64,000 nucleotides of DNA from Dehalococcoidia bacterium (GCA_965207275.1 CBDBMH010000001.1:1056297-1120296), one strand, 5' to 3'; counted from the stretch's first letter, positions 41,670 through 52,245 are shown. Notes: a model not told the origin generated them from the sequence alone. A program made the numbers and translations.

Positions 41670-42722
41670 TTGACCACCATCGCCAACTGGACTGACGTGT
41701 TCAGCGCCGTTGAGGCACTGTACGACCTGGGCTGGACTGATGGGCTGCCCATTTTGCCGCCTACCACCGATAAGGTGGCCGAGTTCCTGGACGCCGGTGG
41801 GCGGGACGGGACGGAGGTTGTGGGGGAACTGCCGGAGCGGAGGCGGGAGATTACCGCCGAGAAGGTGGCCGCCAACGCGGTGATGGCCGGCTGCAGGCCG
41901 GAGTACATGCCGGTGGTGCTGGCCGCCACCGAGGCCATGCTGGCGCCCCCGTTCAACCTGGTGGGCCCGTCGTCCAGCATGGGCGGGGCCGCGGTGCTGG
42001 TTATCGTCAACGGACCTGTGGTGCAGGAACTGGGCATCAACGCCCGCAATAACCTCTTCGGGCCGGGCAACCGGGCCAACTCCACCATTGGGCGGGCCGT
42101 CCGGCTCATCCTGATGAACGCCTGCGCCGCCATACCCGGCCTCTACGACCGCAGCGTCATCGGGCACCCGGGGAAGTTCAGTTACTGCATCGCCGAGGCG
42201 GAAACGGAGACCCACTGGACGCCCCTGCACGTGGAGCGGGGGTTTTCCGCCGACCAGAGCGCCGTCACGGTCTTCGCCTCCGAGGCGCCCCGGCAGGTGC
42301 GCTCCGTGGGCCACCCCGAAGCTATCCTGTACGCCATCGCCGACGTGGCATCGTCACTGGGAACGTCCCTGTCCACCTCCGGTTCGGTGGGTGACCCGGC
42401 GGCGGGCATCCGGCAGGGGGAGACGGTGGTCACAATTGCCGGCAACGGCAATCTGTGGCGGGACTGGACCAAAGCTGGTGTCAAACAATATCTTTACGAC
42501 CACATCCGCCGCTCGGTGGCCGACTTCAAGCGTGCGCAAGTGTTTCCTGGCGCCGTGGAACCGGGGGACGAGGAGAGAATGGTGCCCCTGACCGGCGGGC
42601 CAGACGATATACTCCTGGTGTTCGCCGGCGGCGAGGAATCCAACATGTCATCGGTGATACCCAGCTGGGGACCCAAGGTCGGTTCCACCTCGGTAACGAA
42701 GGAAGTAAGAGTAAGACCGTAG
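41670..42722 (+). CDS. Conserved hypothetical protein of the type that accompanies UGSC (seleno)proteins
   Basis: Motifs GWTDGLPILPPT, AANAVMAGCRP and GNRANSTIGRA. Confidence 0.75.
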   Translation: MTTIANWTDVFSAVEALYDLGWTDGLPILPPTTDKVAEFLDAGGRDGTEVVGELPERRREITAEKVAANAVMAGCRPEYMPVVLAATEAMLAPPFNLVGPSSSMGGAAVLVIVNGPVVQELGINARNNLFGPGNRANSTIGRAVRLILMNACAAIPGLYDRSVIGHPGKFSYCIAEAETETHWTPLHVERGFSADQSAVTVFASEAPRQVRSVGHPEAILYAIADVASSLGTSLSTSGSVGDPAAGIRQGETVVTIAGNGNLWRDWTKAGVKQYLYDHIRRSVADFKRAQVFPGAVEPGDEERMVPLTGGPDDILLVFAGGEESNMSSVIPSWGPKVGSTSVTKEVRVRP

Positions 42723-42923
42723 CCGGACGATCACGAAGTTCCCGCGCCCATGGCGGTAGAGAGTAATAGTGAGGGTCAGGGGGCGTTAATGACACAACGA
42801 AGGCTCCACCCCCATCCTGTCCTTCTCCCCTCAAGGGGAAAGGAAGTTGTTCAGAAGTTCGGGTCATCAGTTAACATTCGCCCGTCGCGGCGGATTCGTG
42901 GATAAACCACGGTAGGAGGGATC

Positions 42924-43454
42924 ATGAGCGAATTTACCCTGGTCAACCCCACCACGGAGCCAGCGACGCCGCCTTTTGACGGCGCGCCTCGCCTGGCCAC
43001 CATGGCCGGCGCCAACGTCGGTATCATCGACGACAGCAAGCGGAATGCCGACGTGCTGTTGGAGGAACTGGCGGAGGTGCTGCGCACCCGCTATGAAATC
43101 GGCGACGTCAAATGGCACCGCAAGCCCAGCGCCTCCCGTCCCGCCGACCCGGCGGCCATCGCGGCCCTGGCCACCGACTGCGATGCGGTGGTGATCGCCA
43201 TCGGCGATTGAGGGTCCTGCAGCGCGTGCAGTGTGCACGACGGGATTCACGTGGAGAAGGCGGGCCTGCCTTCGGCCACCATCTGCACCGACCGGTTCAT
43301 CCCCACGGCCAAGGGGATGGCCAAGATGTGGGGCGCCGAGGACTACCCCACCATTTTCACCGAGCACCCCATCGAAAACCTGGACCGGGAACAGCTCAGG
43401 CATCGGGCCGAAGGGCTGGCCACGGAAGTGGTGACGATACTGACGGGGAGCTAG
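42924..43454 (+). CDS. UGSC-family selenoprotein (TGA at 43209-43211 read as Sec)
   Basis: ORFs 42924-43211 and 43233-43454 share one frame, joined as AIGD-U-GSCSACSVHD. Confidence 0.88.
43225..43239 (+). promoter_or_regulatory. Candidate bacterial SECIS hairpin
   Basis: CGTGCA-GTG-TGCACG, with a G-containing loop 19 nt after the UGA. Confidence 0.6.
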
Positions 43455-43630
43455 ACCGGGCCAGGAAGAGCAGATTGTTGACTGGCAGGCCAGATAGCCT
43501 GCCAGTCTTTGGTTTAGCCTGGTTCGTTCTGTAAGTTGGTGCCCAGCGTGGTGGAGGCATGTATAATCCCACCATCCCCGATGCAGGGGACACGCCAACC
43601 GCCCAAGATATGCAAACCGGAGGTTGTGAA

Positions 43631-43831
43631 ATGCCTGATACGGGCGAAGTTTCGATGGAAGAGTTCAAGCTGATGGCCGACCGGGCCGGGCTGGGCATGA
43701 CCCAGGAGGAACTGGACGACCTGAAACCCATTTACGAGCTTTACGCCGCCTACGCCAGGGAACTGCATACCCTGAGCTTCGGGGCCGAGGAAATGGTGGT
43801 GGAGTTCCACCCCGACTGGCCGGAAGCGTGA
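43631..43831 (+). CDS. Small GatC/AtzG-like amidase partner subunit
   Basis: 66-aa acidic protein (FKLMADRAGLGMTQEELDDL) directly upstream of an amidase. Confidence 0.6.
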   Translation: MPDTGEVSMEEFKLMADRAGLGMTQEELDDLKPIYELYAAYARELHTLSFGAEEMVVEFHPDWPEA

Positions 43832-43877
43832 TTCCGGTCTGTCGGACAACCCAAGTCTTCCTTAGGAGGGATACCTG

Positions 43878-45284
43878 ATGTCCACTTCCGATACCCAACT
43901 CCACTACCTGAGCATGCGGCAGGCCGGAGAACTGATCCAGAGGGGAGAGCTTTCCCCGGTGGAATTGACCCGGGCCTGCCTGGACCGCATCCAGGCCACC
44001 GACGACCGACTCCACTCCTTCATTCTGCTATTGGCCGACGAGGCGCTGGCCCAGGCCCGCACCGCCGAGGCCGAAATACTGAGGGGGGCCTATCGAGGGC
44101 AGATGCACGGCATACCCTTTGCCCTGAAAGACCTGTACGACACTGCCGGAATACGCACCACGTCGGGTTCGCAGGTGGACATAGACCGGGTGCCCACCGA
44201 AGACGCCACCACCACGGCCCGGTTGAAGGCGGCCGGAGGCATCCTGCTGGGCAAGCTGGCCATGCACGAGTTCGCACTGGGCGGCCCGGACTGGACCACG
44301 CCCTTCGAGCCGGCCTGCAACCCCTGGAATCTAAACCACATCACCGGCGGCTCCAGCAGCGGTTCCGGCTCTTCGGTGGCCTCGGGCCAGTGCCTGGGCG
44401 CGTTGGGTTCCTGCACCGGCGGGTCCATCAGGGGCCCGGCGTCGTTGTGCGGCATCGTGGGCCTGAAGCCCACCTACGGACGGGTCAGCCGGTACGGAGT
44501 AGTTACCTTAAGCTGGTCGCAGGACCACGCCGGCCCCATGACCCGCACAGTAGAGGACACCGCCTACATGCTCCAGGCCATCGCCGGGCATGACCCCAGG
44601 GACCCCACGTCCAGCCAGGCCCCGGTGCCCGACTACTCCCGGTCACTACGGGAAGACATCCGGGGAGTGAGAATCGGCCTGCCGCGGCACTACTTCTTTG
44701 ACGACGACCCCGGCGTAAGCCCGGAGGTGGTGGCGAAAGTGGACCAGGCGGTGAGCGTGCTGGAGGAACTGGGCGCCCACGTGGAGGAGGTAACCATTCC
44801 CAGCCTGGAGCACGTGCGGGCTGCCAACTCGGTGATTATGGTCAGCGAGGCCTTCGCCTACCACGAGCCCAACCTGAAGAGCCGTCCGCAGGAGTTCGGT
44901 GAGATTGTCCGGGGCAGGTTCCGCATAGGAGGCATGCTGAGCGCCTCGGATTACCTGCAGGCCCAAAGAGTGCGGACGTGGGCGCGGCGGGATTTCGCCC
45001 GGGTGATGAAAACGGTTGACTTTCTGGTGACACCCACCATGACCCAGCCGGCGGCGGCTTTCGAGGGGTATGATCCCACCTTTACGGTGCGGGGCAAGAG
45101 CTTCACCGCGCCCTTCAACGTGACGGGACTGCCCGCCATTTCCATACCCTGCGGGTTCACCGAGAACGGCCTGCCCATCGGAATGCAGATTGCCGGCAAG
45201 CCCTTTGACGAGCCCGGCGTAATCCAGGCCGCCTACACCTACCAGCAGGCCGCCGGGTGGCACGAGTTGCGGCCGCCGGTGTAG
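43878..45284 (+). CDS. Amidase-signature family enzyme (GatA paralogue)
   Basis: Motifs ALKDL, GGSSSGS and GSCTGGSIR. Lacks the GatA NLARYDG motif. Confidence 0.9.
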   Translation: MSTSDTQLHYLSMRQAGELIQRGELSPVELTRACLDRIQATDDRLHSFILLLADEALAQARTAEAEILRGAYRGQMHGIPFALKDLYDTAGIRTTSGSQVDIDRVPTEDATTTARLKAAGGILLGKLAMHEFALGGPDWTTPFEPACNPWNLNHITGGSSSGSGSSVASGQCLGALGSCTGGSIRGPASLCGIVGLKPTYGRVSRYGVVTLSWSQDHAGPMTRTVEDTAYMLQAIAGHDPRDPTSSQAPVPDYSRSLREDIRGVRIGLPRHYFFDDDPGVSPEVVAKVDQAVSVLEELGAHVEEVTIPSLEHVRAANSVIMVSEAFAYHEPNLKSRPQEFGEIVRGRFRIGGMLSASDYLQAQRVRTWARRDFARVMKTVDFLVTPTMTQPAAAFEGYDPTFTVRGKSFTAPFNVTGLPAISIPCGFTENGLPIGMQIAGKPFDEPGVIQAAYTYQQAAGWHELRPPV

Positions 45285-45708
45285 GGGCGGCCAGCGAGTC
45301 TGGGCTCTTCACGATGAGAACCTGACTCGCCCCTGGCGTGGGATGTCGTTGGTGGCTGGTTATGAAGGCGCAATGTTCACTATCGGGGATACCGCGCCAT
45401 AAGAGGCCAACTACACTCAACCCTGATGTCATGTCGCCCCGCCAGGGGCGGACGTGGCCGCCTGAGCTTGCCGAAGGGCTCAAAATCCTTCCTTTGGTGG
45501 CGCTGCCGGGACCGGAAGGCAGCCTGTCCGAAAGAGCTTAGATGCTTCGGCACGTTCAGCATGACATTGACTTAAGGCGCCGTTGTTCCGTACTTCACGC
45601 GCATTCCTTGGACAAGCTCAGGACTGGGCTGCCAACAATGCTCCCAAGGCCTTTCTACATATTCCGAGCGAAAGGGAAGATACCCGGCAGGCCGCATAGG
45701 TCAAATCG

Positions 45709-46179
45709 CTAGTCTTCCACTTCGACGATCATTTCAATCTCTATGGGCATTGCTCCCGGCAGGGTGCCCATGCCCACGGCGGAGCGGGCGTGGCGGCCCC
45801 GTTCACCAAACAGTTCAACCAGCAGGTCTGAGGCGCCGTTGGCCACCCGAGGCGTTTCGGTGAAGTCGGGAGTGGCGTTGACCATGCAAAGCAGCTTCAC
45901 CACTCGCTTCACCTTGTCCAGATCGCCGATCTCTCCCTTGAGGTTGGAAAGCAGGTTGAGCATGGTCAGGCGGGCGCAGTCGTAGCCCTGCTCGATGGTA
46001 ACGTCGGCGCCCAGCTTGCCCACGTGGAGCAGGCCGCCTTCGGGCAGGCCGGGTCCTGTGCCGGCGGTGTAGACCAGGTTGCCCGTCCGTACCGCGGGGA
46101 CGAAATTGCCCACGGCGGAACGGCGGGGCTCGGTGAGCTGGTAGCCCATTTCGTTCAGCTTCTTCTCAATTTCCGGCAT
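45709..46179 (-). CDS. RidA/YjgF family protein
   Basis: Motifs VANGASDL, GRHARSAVG and IEIEMIVE. Confidence 0.92.
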   Translation of the reverse strand: MPEIEKKLNEMGYQLTEPRRSAVGNFVPAVRTGNLVYTAGTGPGLPEGGLLHVGKLGADVTIEQGYDCARLTMLNLLSNLKGEIGDLDKVKRVVKLLCMVNATPDFTETPRVANGASDLLVELFGERGRHARSAVGMGTLPGAMPIEIEMIVEVED

Positions 46180-46296
46180 GAGTCTTTCCCCCATTAAGTT
46201 TGTTGAGTCGGTATTCCTGCCAGGTGATTTCCTGGTGGAATCCAGGGCAGCCACAAGGGCTGCCCCTGCGAAAGCACAAAGATTTGTCCCCGTTAA

Positions 46297-47316
46297 TCAG
46301 GGCAGTTCGACCTGGGATATCCAGGCGGGGCGGTTGCCCAGGGGAGTGGTGGCCGTTCGGCTCAACCAGCCGGTGTCGCCGTCAATGGCAAAGGTGGCCA
46401 GGTTGCCCGATTCCACCCCGGCGGAGTAGAGGAACTTCTCCCCGGGGCCTATTGCCAGGGCGTTGGGGATGGCTTCGGCTTCAACGTTGCCGTTGGCGCT
46501 CAGTTCGCCGGATGCCGCGTCCACAGTGAAGCAGGCGATGCTGTTGTGGCCCCGGTTAGGGGCGTAAAGGAACCGCCCGGAGCCGGTTACCTGGATTTGC
46601 GAGCAGGTGTTCCGCTCGGTGAAGTCCTCGGGGATGGTGGGAACCGTCTGGAACTGGGTCAGTGCGCCGTTGGAGGCATCCAGCCGGTAAGCGCCCACGC
46701 TGCAGCCCTGCTCGTTGGAGAAATAGAGGACGTTCAGCGAGGGATGGAAGCAGAAGTGGCGAGGGCCATGGAAGCCGTCGGGTTCCACCTGGGCCGGCGA
46801 GTTGGGTTCGATGCGGCCCGTGTTTTCATCGAAACGATACTGGTAGATCCGGTTTGGGCCGTTGCCAGCAATGTGGGGCACGAAGGCGTAAGTGTTGGTG
46901 GGATCGGTCTGCATGGCGTGGGTGCCGGTGGCCGTTTCGATCCACACCACCGGATTCCCGCCCACCGAACCGTCGCCGCCGATGGGGTGAACGCCGACGT
47001 GGGCGCCCTGGTAGTAGGCGGACAGAACATAGCGTCCCCTGCGGTCGGTGTTGATGTAGGTGGGGTTGAACTCCAGCGCTATCTGGCCGGTGCGGGCCAG
47101 GTCGCCGTTGGCCTGGTCGATGGCGTAGCTGATGAGCTGGGGGTCTTCCCGGCAGCCCACGTAAAGGTGGGCGCCGTCGGGGCTGACCGCCATGGTAAAG
47201 GGGCCGCCGGAAACGGCCAGGTCTCGCTGGTGAGACAGGGCCCCGGTGTCGGGGTTGATGGTGAAGGTGGCAATCTTGTCGTCTTCCTGGATGGCTATGT
47301 ACATGTAGTGGGTCAT
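46297..47316 (-). CDS. 6-phosphogluconolactonase-like seven-blade lactonase
   Basis: Motifs GPRHFCFHP and FLYAPNRGHNSIA. Confidence 0.88.
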   Translation of the reverse strand: MTHYMYIAIQEDDKIATFTINPDTGALSHQRDLAVSGGPFTMAVSPDGAHLYVGCREDPQLISYAIDQANGDLARTGQIALEFNPTYINTDRRGRYVLSAYYQGAHVGVHPIGGDGSVGGNPVVWIETATGTHAMQTDPTNTYAFVPHIAGNGPNRIYQYRFDENTGRIEPNSPAQVEPDGFHGPRHFCFHPSLNVLYFSNEQGCSVGAYRLDASNGALTQFQTVPTIPEDFTERNTCSQIQVTGSGRFLYAPNRGHNSIACFTVDAASGELSANGNVEAEAIPNALAIGPGEKFLYSAGVESGNLATFAIDGDTGWLSRTATTPLGNRPAWISQVELP

Positions 47317-47378
47317 GGTGCTCTCTCCTATCCTGCGTTGGCGGCAGGTTAATCCAGGTCGGGGGAATCAGGCCATGT

Positions 47379-48194
47379 TCAGGTAGTTCCACACTCCGCC
47401 AGGAACTCCAGCAAGCGGGCCACGCACCACTCCGGATGGATGGCGTTGATCCCGTGGCCCAGGCCAGGGTAGGTTACCAGGCGGCAGTTGGTCAGCTCTT
47501 CCGCCATTAACTGCTGCTGGTCCAGGGTGGAAGTGGGCGACTCTTCGCCCGACAGCAGCAGCGTGGGCGCTGCCACCTCCTTCAGGTACGGCCGGAAATC
47601 CAGGGATTCCAGGTAGGCCTGAAGCTTGCGGCCTATGGAGGGCGAAGTACGGTCCATTTCCGAAATGTACCATTCCCTCATTCCCTGGGGCGCCGCCCGG
47701 GTGTCCAGGCGGTTGTCGATGGTGGCAGTGGACCAGGTCCCTACGCTCCGGCTCATGGCGGCGCTCCACGCGCTGCCCGGGTCGGCGCGACCCCGGCGGG
47801 GCAGGCGGCAGGGCGTGTTGCACAACACCAGGGCCCGCACCCGGTCCGGAAAGGCGTGGGCAAAGCTCAGGCCCAGGATGCCGCCGAAGGACTCACCCAC
47901 GTAGACCACGCGGTCAATGCCCTGGCTGTCCAGGATGGCATTGAGGTCTGCCATGAAAATGTCCAGGAGAGGCTCGTATGCCTCTTCCGGCATGGTTGAC
48001 TCGCCCATGCCACGCAGGTCTGGGCGCAGGACTCGGAACTCCCCCGCCAGCAGGGGCACCCAGCCGTACCAGAACTTGCCGCTGCGGGAAAAGCCATGCT
48101 GCAACAGGATGGCTGGCGGGTAACGCCAGGGGTCGGTGAAATCGTCGTCGTAATAGTGTAACTCCACCCCGGGAGCCACGCTTAAACTCGCCAT
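47379..48194 (-). CDS. Alpha/beta hydrolase
   Basis: Motifs HGF, DLRGMGES, GESFGG and GLGH. Confidence 0.9.
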   Translation of the reverse strand: MASLSVAPGVELHYYDDDFTDPWRYPPAILLQHGFSRSGKFWYGWVPLLAGEFRVLRPDLRGMGESTMPEEAYEPLLDIFMADLNAILDSQGIDRVVYVGESFGGILGLSFAHAFPDRVRALVLCNTPCRLPRRGRADPGSAWSAAMSRSVGTWSTATIDNRLDTRAAPQGMREWYISEMDRTSPSIGRKLQAYLESLDFRPYLKEVAAPTLLLSGEESPTSTLDQQQLMAEELTNCRLVTYPGLGHGINAIHPEWCVARLLEFLAECGTT

Positions 48195-48520
48195 GTCTCC
48201 TCCTGGCGCCGGTTGAACGCTCCTTTGTCGGGTTGATCAAAAGGTGTTACGGATGCTGCCGGACTCTCGCGACTCTGGCTGGCGCCAGCGCTTCGACTCG
48301 GTTCCCGTTTCGGCCAGTGTAACAGATAATGCCGCAGCCCTCGGCCTGTTTCCTGGAGGCCGCGCAAAATATACCGTCGCCGGCGCAACAGGATCCCCAA
48401 CGGCGGCGGCAGGGGAAACCTCCCGCCGACGCCACGGAAGCTGGTTCCACCCGGGGAAAGGTGTGTCATAATGGGCACGACCGGGACTCCCGGTCAGTCA
48501 CGAAAGGCGGAGGGCCAGCC

Positions 48521-49555
48521 ATGCTTGCCCAAAAGGGCATTATCCAGACGGTACTGGGGAACGGCGAAGAAGGCTGGGAGGGGGACGGCGGCCCGGCCCT
48601 GGAGGCCGCCTGCCAGCTTCCCTACGCCTGCGAGTTTGACCCCCAGGGCAACCTGGTCGTCTGCATGGGGCGGCAGCACCGCATCCGCCGGATGGACGCC
48701 CGCACGGGAATCATATCCCGGGTGTGCGGTACGGGTGAGCCGGGCTACACGGGCGACGGCGGACCGGCCCTGGACGCGGTAGTCAACCAGCCCTACGGCT
48801 TGGCCATAGACGGGAATGGCGACATTTACTTCGCCCAACGATTCGACCCGGCGGTAAGGAAGATAGACGCGGAGACGGGTATAGTCTCCACCGTAGCGGG
48901 CACGGGAGAGTTCGGTTACAGCGGAGACGGCGGCCCCGGCAACGAGGCCATGCTCCGGGAGCCCAACGACCTGTTCCTAGACGGGCAGGGCGGCCTGCTG
49001 ATTGCCGACATCCAGGACCAGCGCATCCGGCGGGTGGACCTGTCCACCGGAATCATCACCACCTTTGCCGGCACCGGTGAGAAGTCCCGCGCCGGCGACG
49101 GCAAGCCGGCCACCGAGGCCAGCCTGATGGGCCCTCGCGCCGTCTGCATGGACCGCCAGGGCAACGTTTACGTGGCCGAGCGGGAGGGCAACGGCGTCCG
49201 CCGGATTTCCCCCGACGGCATTCTGACCACCATCGCCGGGGCCGAGTCGGTCTTTGGCTACAGCGGCGACGGCGGGCCCGCCCTGGCCGCCACCTGGGGC
49301 GCGCCCAAGGCCATGCGGTGCGACCTGGAAGACAACGTTATCGTCGTTGATTCCGAGAACTTCGCGGTGCGGCGCATCGACCACCGCACCGGTATTGTTA
49401 CCACCATCGCCGGTGGACGAGAAGGCGGGGACGGCGACGGGGGTCCCGCTGTGGAAGCCGGCCTGTCCCGGGCCCACGGCTGCGGGATAAGCGCCGGCGG
49501 AGACCTGTACATCGCCGACACCCATAACAACCGGGTACGGGTTGTGGGATTGTAG
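48521..49555 (+). CDS. NHL-repeat protein (teneurin-like GDGGPA repeats)
   Basis: About six AGTG..GYSGDGGPA repeats. Confidence 0.9.
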   Translation: MLAQKGIIQTVLGNGEEGWEGDGGPALEAACQLPYACEFDPQGNLVVCMGRQHRIRRMDARTGIISRVCGTGEPGYTGDGGPALDAVVNQPYGLAIDGNGDIYFAQRFDPAVRKIDAETGIVSTVAGTGEFGYSGDGGPGNEAMLREPNDLFLDGQGGLLIADIQDQRIRRVDLSTGIITTFAGTGEKSRAGDGKPATEASLMGPRAVCMDRQGNVYVAEREGNGVRRISPDGILTTIAGAESVFGYSGDGGPALAATWGAPKAMRCDLEDNVIVVDSENFAVRRIDHRTGIVTTIAGGREGGDGDGGPAVEAGLSRAHGCGISAGGDLYIADTHNNRVRVVGL

Positions 49556-49871
49556 ATAGAGGCAGGGCAACCGCGCCAGAGTTCCTGTCATTCTGAACGG
49601 AGTGAAGAATCTAAACTCTAACCCACATGCCGCTCCTCGGACCCTAAACCGGGCTGAGAAGTGGGATTTCAGGTCCTTCAGCAAGCTCAGGCGTCCGTCC
49701 GCCGCGGCGGACCCCAGACGGGGCTACAAAGCTTAACCAAAGCACATTGAGAAGTTCGTAATGCCATTGTCCTGCGCCGCCATCGAGGCTGTCTGCCCGG
49801 CGCTGGACGGCAAGGGTACAATGGTTAGTTCCAGGGTTGATTCCAGCCGGTAACTCCGGGGACAATGAAGC

Positions 49872-51368
49872 ATGAGGACAGGTGCCCATTACAAGGAAAG
49901 CCTGCGCGACGGGCGTGACGTATGGGTGGTGGGCGAAGGCCCGGTGGAGGACGTAACCACCCACCCGGCCACGGCGGCCATGGTCAATGAGTACGTGGCC
50001 TGGTACGACCGCCACTTCGACCCCCAGTGGCAGGACACGCTGCTGACGCCGCCCGACGCGAATGGCCAAAGGCATCCTCTGGCATCGACCCCGCCGAAGA
50101 CATCCGACGACCTGCGCCGCCTGGGCAAGGCCATCAGCGCGGTCCACTATCTGACCGGCGGCAACATGACCCACACTCCGGGCTACGGCGCGCTGATTGC
50201 CCTGGGCATGCTGAACGTTCTGAAGCGGCTGGACTACTCCGCCGAAGACATTGCGGATGCGGAAGAATACCGGCAGTCGCTGGCGGAAAGCGGTCGGTTT
50301 CTCACCTTTGCCGGGGGCGGCCCGCTGATCGGCACTCGGCTGCGGGAGGATGAGAATGACCGGGCGGCCCTGAAGCTGGTCAGCGAAACGGACGAGGGGG
50401 TCGTCATCACCGGAAAGGTGCAGATGCACACCAGTACCCCCTTCGCCGAGGACCTGCTCATCACCAGCAGGACCGAATTGCCGCCGGACAGCGGCCGGCA
50501 CCTTTGGTTCATTGTGCCGGTGAACGCTCCGGGCTTGAAGGTGGTGTCGCGCCGCATCGCAGCCCGGCATAGCAATCCTTTCCTGTCGCCCCTGAGCAGT
50601 CGTTTTGACGAACTGGACTCCATGGTATGGCTGGAGAATGTTTTCGTCCCCCGCCATCGGGTCTTTACCGGCGAACCCATCAACCGCAACACACGCCACG
50701 GGCTGGTATCCTGGCTGCTGTGGCACCACAGTTACGGATGGCTGGCCAAGGCGGAACTGACCATGTCCATCGCCCTGGCGTTGGCGGAAGTTATGGGCCT
50801 CAAGGAAAATCCCCAGACCACCGAGCAACTGGTTGAACTGACCGTAAACGTCCAGACCACACGCACCTGCATGACGGCGGCGGAACTGGAACCCGAAACC
50901 ACGGCCGGCGGCCACGCCCTGCCCAACCAGCTTCACGTGGCGGCGGCGGGCGTCAACACCCTGCGGGTGCGCCAGCGTATGGGCGAGATTTTGCGCGCTC
51001 TGCCCGGTTCGTCGCTGGTCAACGCCCCGGCTGATACCGACTTTGCCGACCCGGTCATGGCCGCCGAGCTGGAGGATGCCTTTGGCGGAGGCGGTTATAC
51101 GGCCCTGCAGCGGGCGGCCCTGCTGCAACTGGCCTGGGACCAGGTGTCGTCCGGGCTGGACGGTCGGGAGGCGGTGTTTGAACTGCACGCCAGTGGTGGA
51201 CTGGCCGCCTGGCAGCGACGGCTGGCGGCCTGGTTTGAACGGTACACCGAACTGGCCAACGGAGTGCACAACTTTGTCCAGGTGGAACTTCCCCATTTGG
51301 ACCTGTCCAGCCTGACGGAACTGCCGGCGCCGCCCAGGCGGATGCCGCAGCCGACGCACCGGGCGTGA
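49872..51368 (+). CDS. 4-hydroxyphenylacetate 3-hydroxylase-like flavin monooxygenase component
   Basis: Motifs YKESLRDGR and PLSSRFDELD...NVFVP. Confidence 0.88.
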   Translation: MRTGAHYKESLRDGRDVWVVGEGPVEDVTTHPATAAMVNEYVAWYDRHFDPQWQDTLLTPPDANGQRHPLASTPPKTSDDLRRLGKAISAVHYLTGGNMTHTPGYGALIALGMLNVLKRLDYSAEDIADAEEYRQSLAESGRFLTFAGGGPLIGTRLREDENDRAALKLVSETDEGVVITGKVQMHTSTPFAEDLLITSRTELPPDSGRHLWFIVPVNAPGLKVVSRRIAARHSNPFLSPLSSRFDELDSMVWLENVFVPRHRVFTGEPINRNTRHGLVSWLLWHHSYGWLAKAELTMSIALALAEVMGLKENPQTTEQLVELTVNVQTTRTCMTAAELEPETTAGGHALPNQLHVAAAGVNTLRVRQRMGEILRALPGSSLVNAPADTDFADPVMAAELEDAFGGGGYTALQRAALLQLAWDQVSSGLDGREAVFELHASGGLAAWQRRLAAWFERYTELANGVHNFVQVELPHLDLSSLTELPAPPRRMPQPTHRA

Positions 51369-51434
51369 GGGGTGGGGCTATAGACTGGTATATATTGCGC
51401 GGCGCTGTCGAGATGGTGGTGGCATTCGCGTTTT

Positions 51435-51495
51435 CACCCCATCCTGACCTTCCCACCAGAGGTGGACGTTCCGCCCCCGTCAAGGGGGAAGGGAT
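51435..51495. repeat. Family D REP-like element (CACCCCATCCT...CCC..AAGGGG)
   Basis: Related copies near 26558, 42807 and 52307. The 26558 and 51435 copies share the insert AGGTGGACGTTCCGCCCCCGTC. Confidence 0.7.
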
Positions 51496-51607
51496 TTTTG
51501 ACTCGACTCTGCAATCACCCAGGTAATCACCTGGCCCTGCATGTCAGGGAAACGCCAGGCAGTGTAGAATGACAGCAAGGAAAGAACACAGCAAGGAGGT
51601 TGCTTCT

Positions 51608-51877
51608 GTGAACGCGCCAACCCGCCCGACGGCTGAGATCGCCCGCTTGGGCCAGGAGATTTACCTGCGGGACATCCGTTCCAAGGTTGAAACTGCCCAC
51701 CAGGGCCGGGTGGTCGCCATTGACGTGGATACCGGGGACTGGGCCATGGACGACGACGCTCTTGCTGCGGCGGACGCTCTGCGGGAACGGCGTCCTGCTC
51801 CCGACATCTGGGTTGTGAAAGTGGGGCATCCTACGCTGCGCACCTTTGGGGGCGGTTCTCGCCGGCGGGCGGGATGA
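51608..51877 (+). CDS. Small hypothetical protein (DUF5678-like), coupled to an aspartyl protease
   Basis: Motif GRVVAIDVDTGDW. ATGA overlap with the next gene. Confidence 0.7.
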   Translation: MNAPTRPTAEIARLGQEIYLRDIRSKVETAHQGRVVAIDVDTGDWAMDDDALAAADALRERRPAPDIWVVKVGHPTLRTFGGGSRRRAG

Positions 51878-52245
51878 TAGAGGGCCTGGTCAACGCAAAC
51901 AACGAAGCCATCTTGTCGCTCACAATCCACGGCCCGGAGGAACGGAATCGGGAGGTGAACGCCGTGATTGACACGGGCTACAGTGGCTTCCTGACTTTGC
52001 CGGCGGCGTTGGTGGCGGAACTGGATTTGCCTTACGTTTTCAGCAGCAGCGCGACCCTGGCCGACAATACGGAAGTGGGCTTTCCCGTACACCGGGTCAC
52101 GGCGGTTTGGGACGGCAACCCGCGAGACATTCAGGCCGACGCCGTGGGCGCCACGCCCCTGGTGGGAATGGCCTTGCTGGAGGCCCATAGTCTATACGTA
52201 GAAGTCAGGGACGGTGGGCCCGTAGTCATCCGGGCCGAGGAGTAG
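51874..52245 (+). CDS. Retropepsin-like (clan AA) aspartyl protease
   Basis: Motifs AVIDTGYSG and PLVGMALL. Confidence 0.88.
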   Translation: MIEGLVNANNEAILSLTIHGPEERNREVNAVIDTGYSGFLTLPAALVAELDLPYVFSSSATLADNTEVGFPVHRVTAVWDGNPRDIQADAVGATPLVGMALLEAHSLYVEVRDGGPVVIRAEE

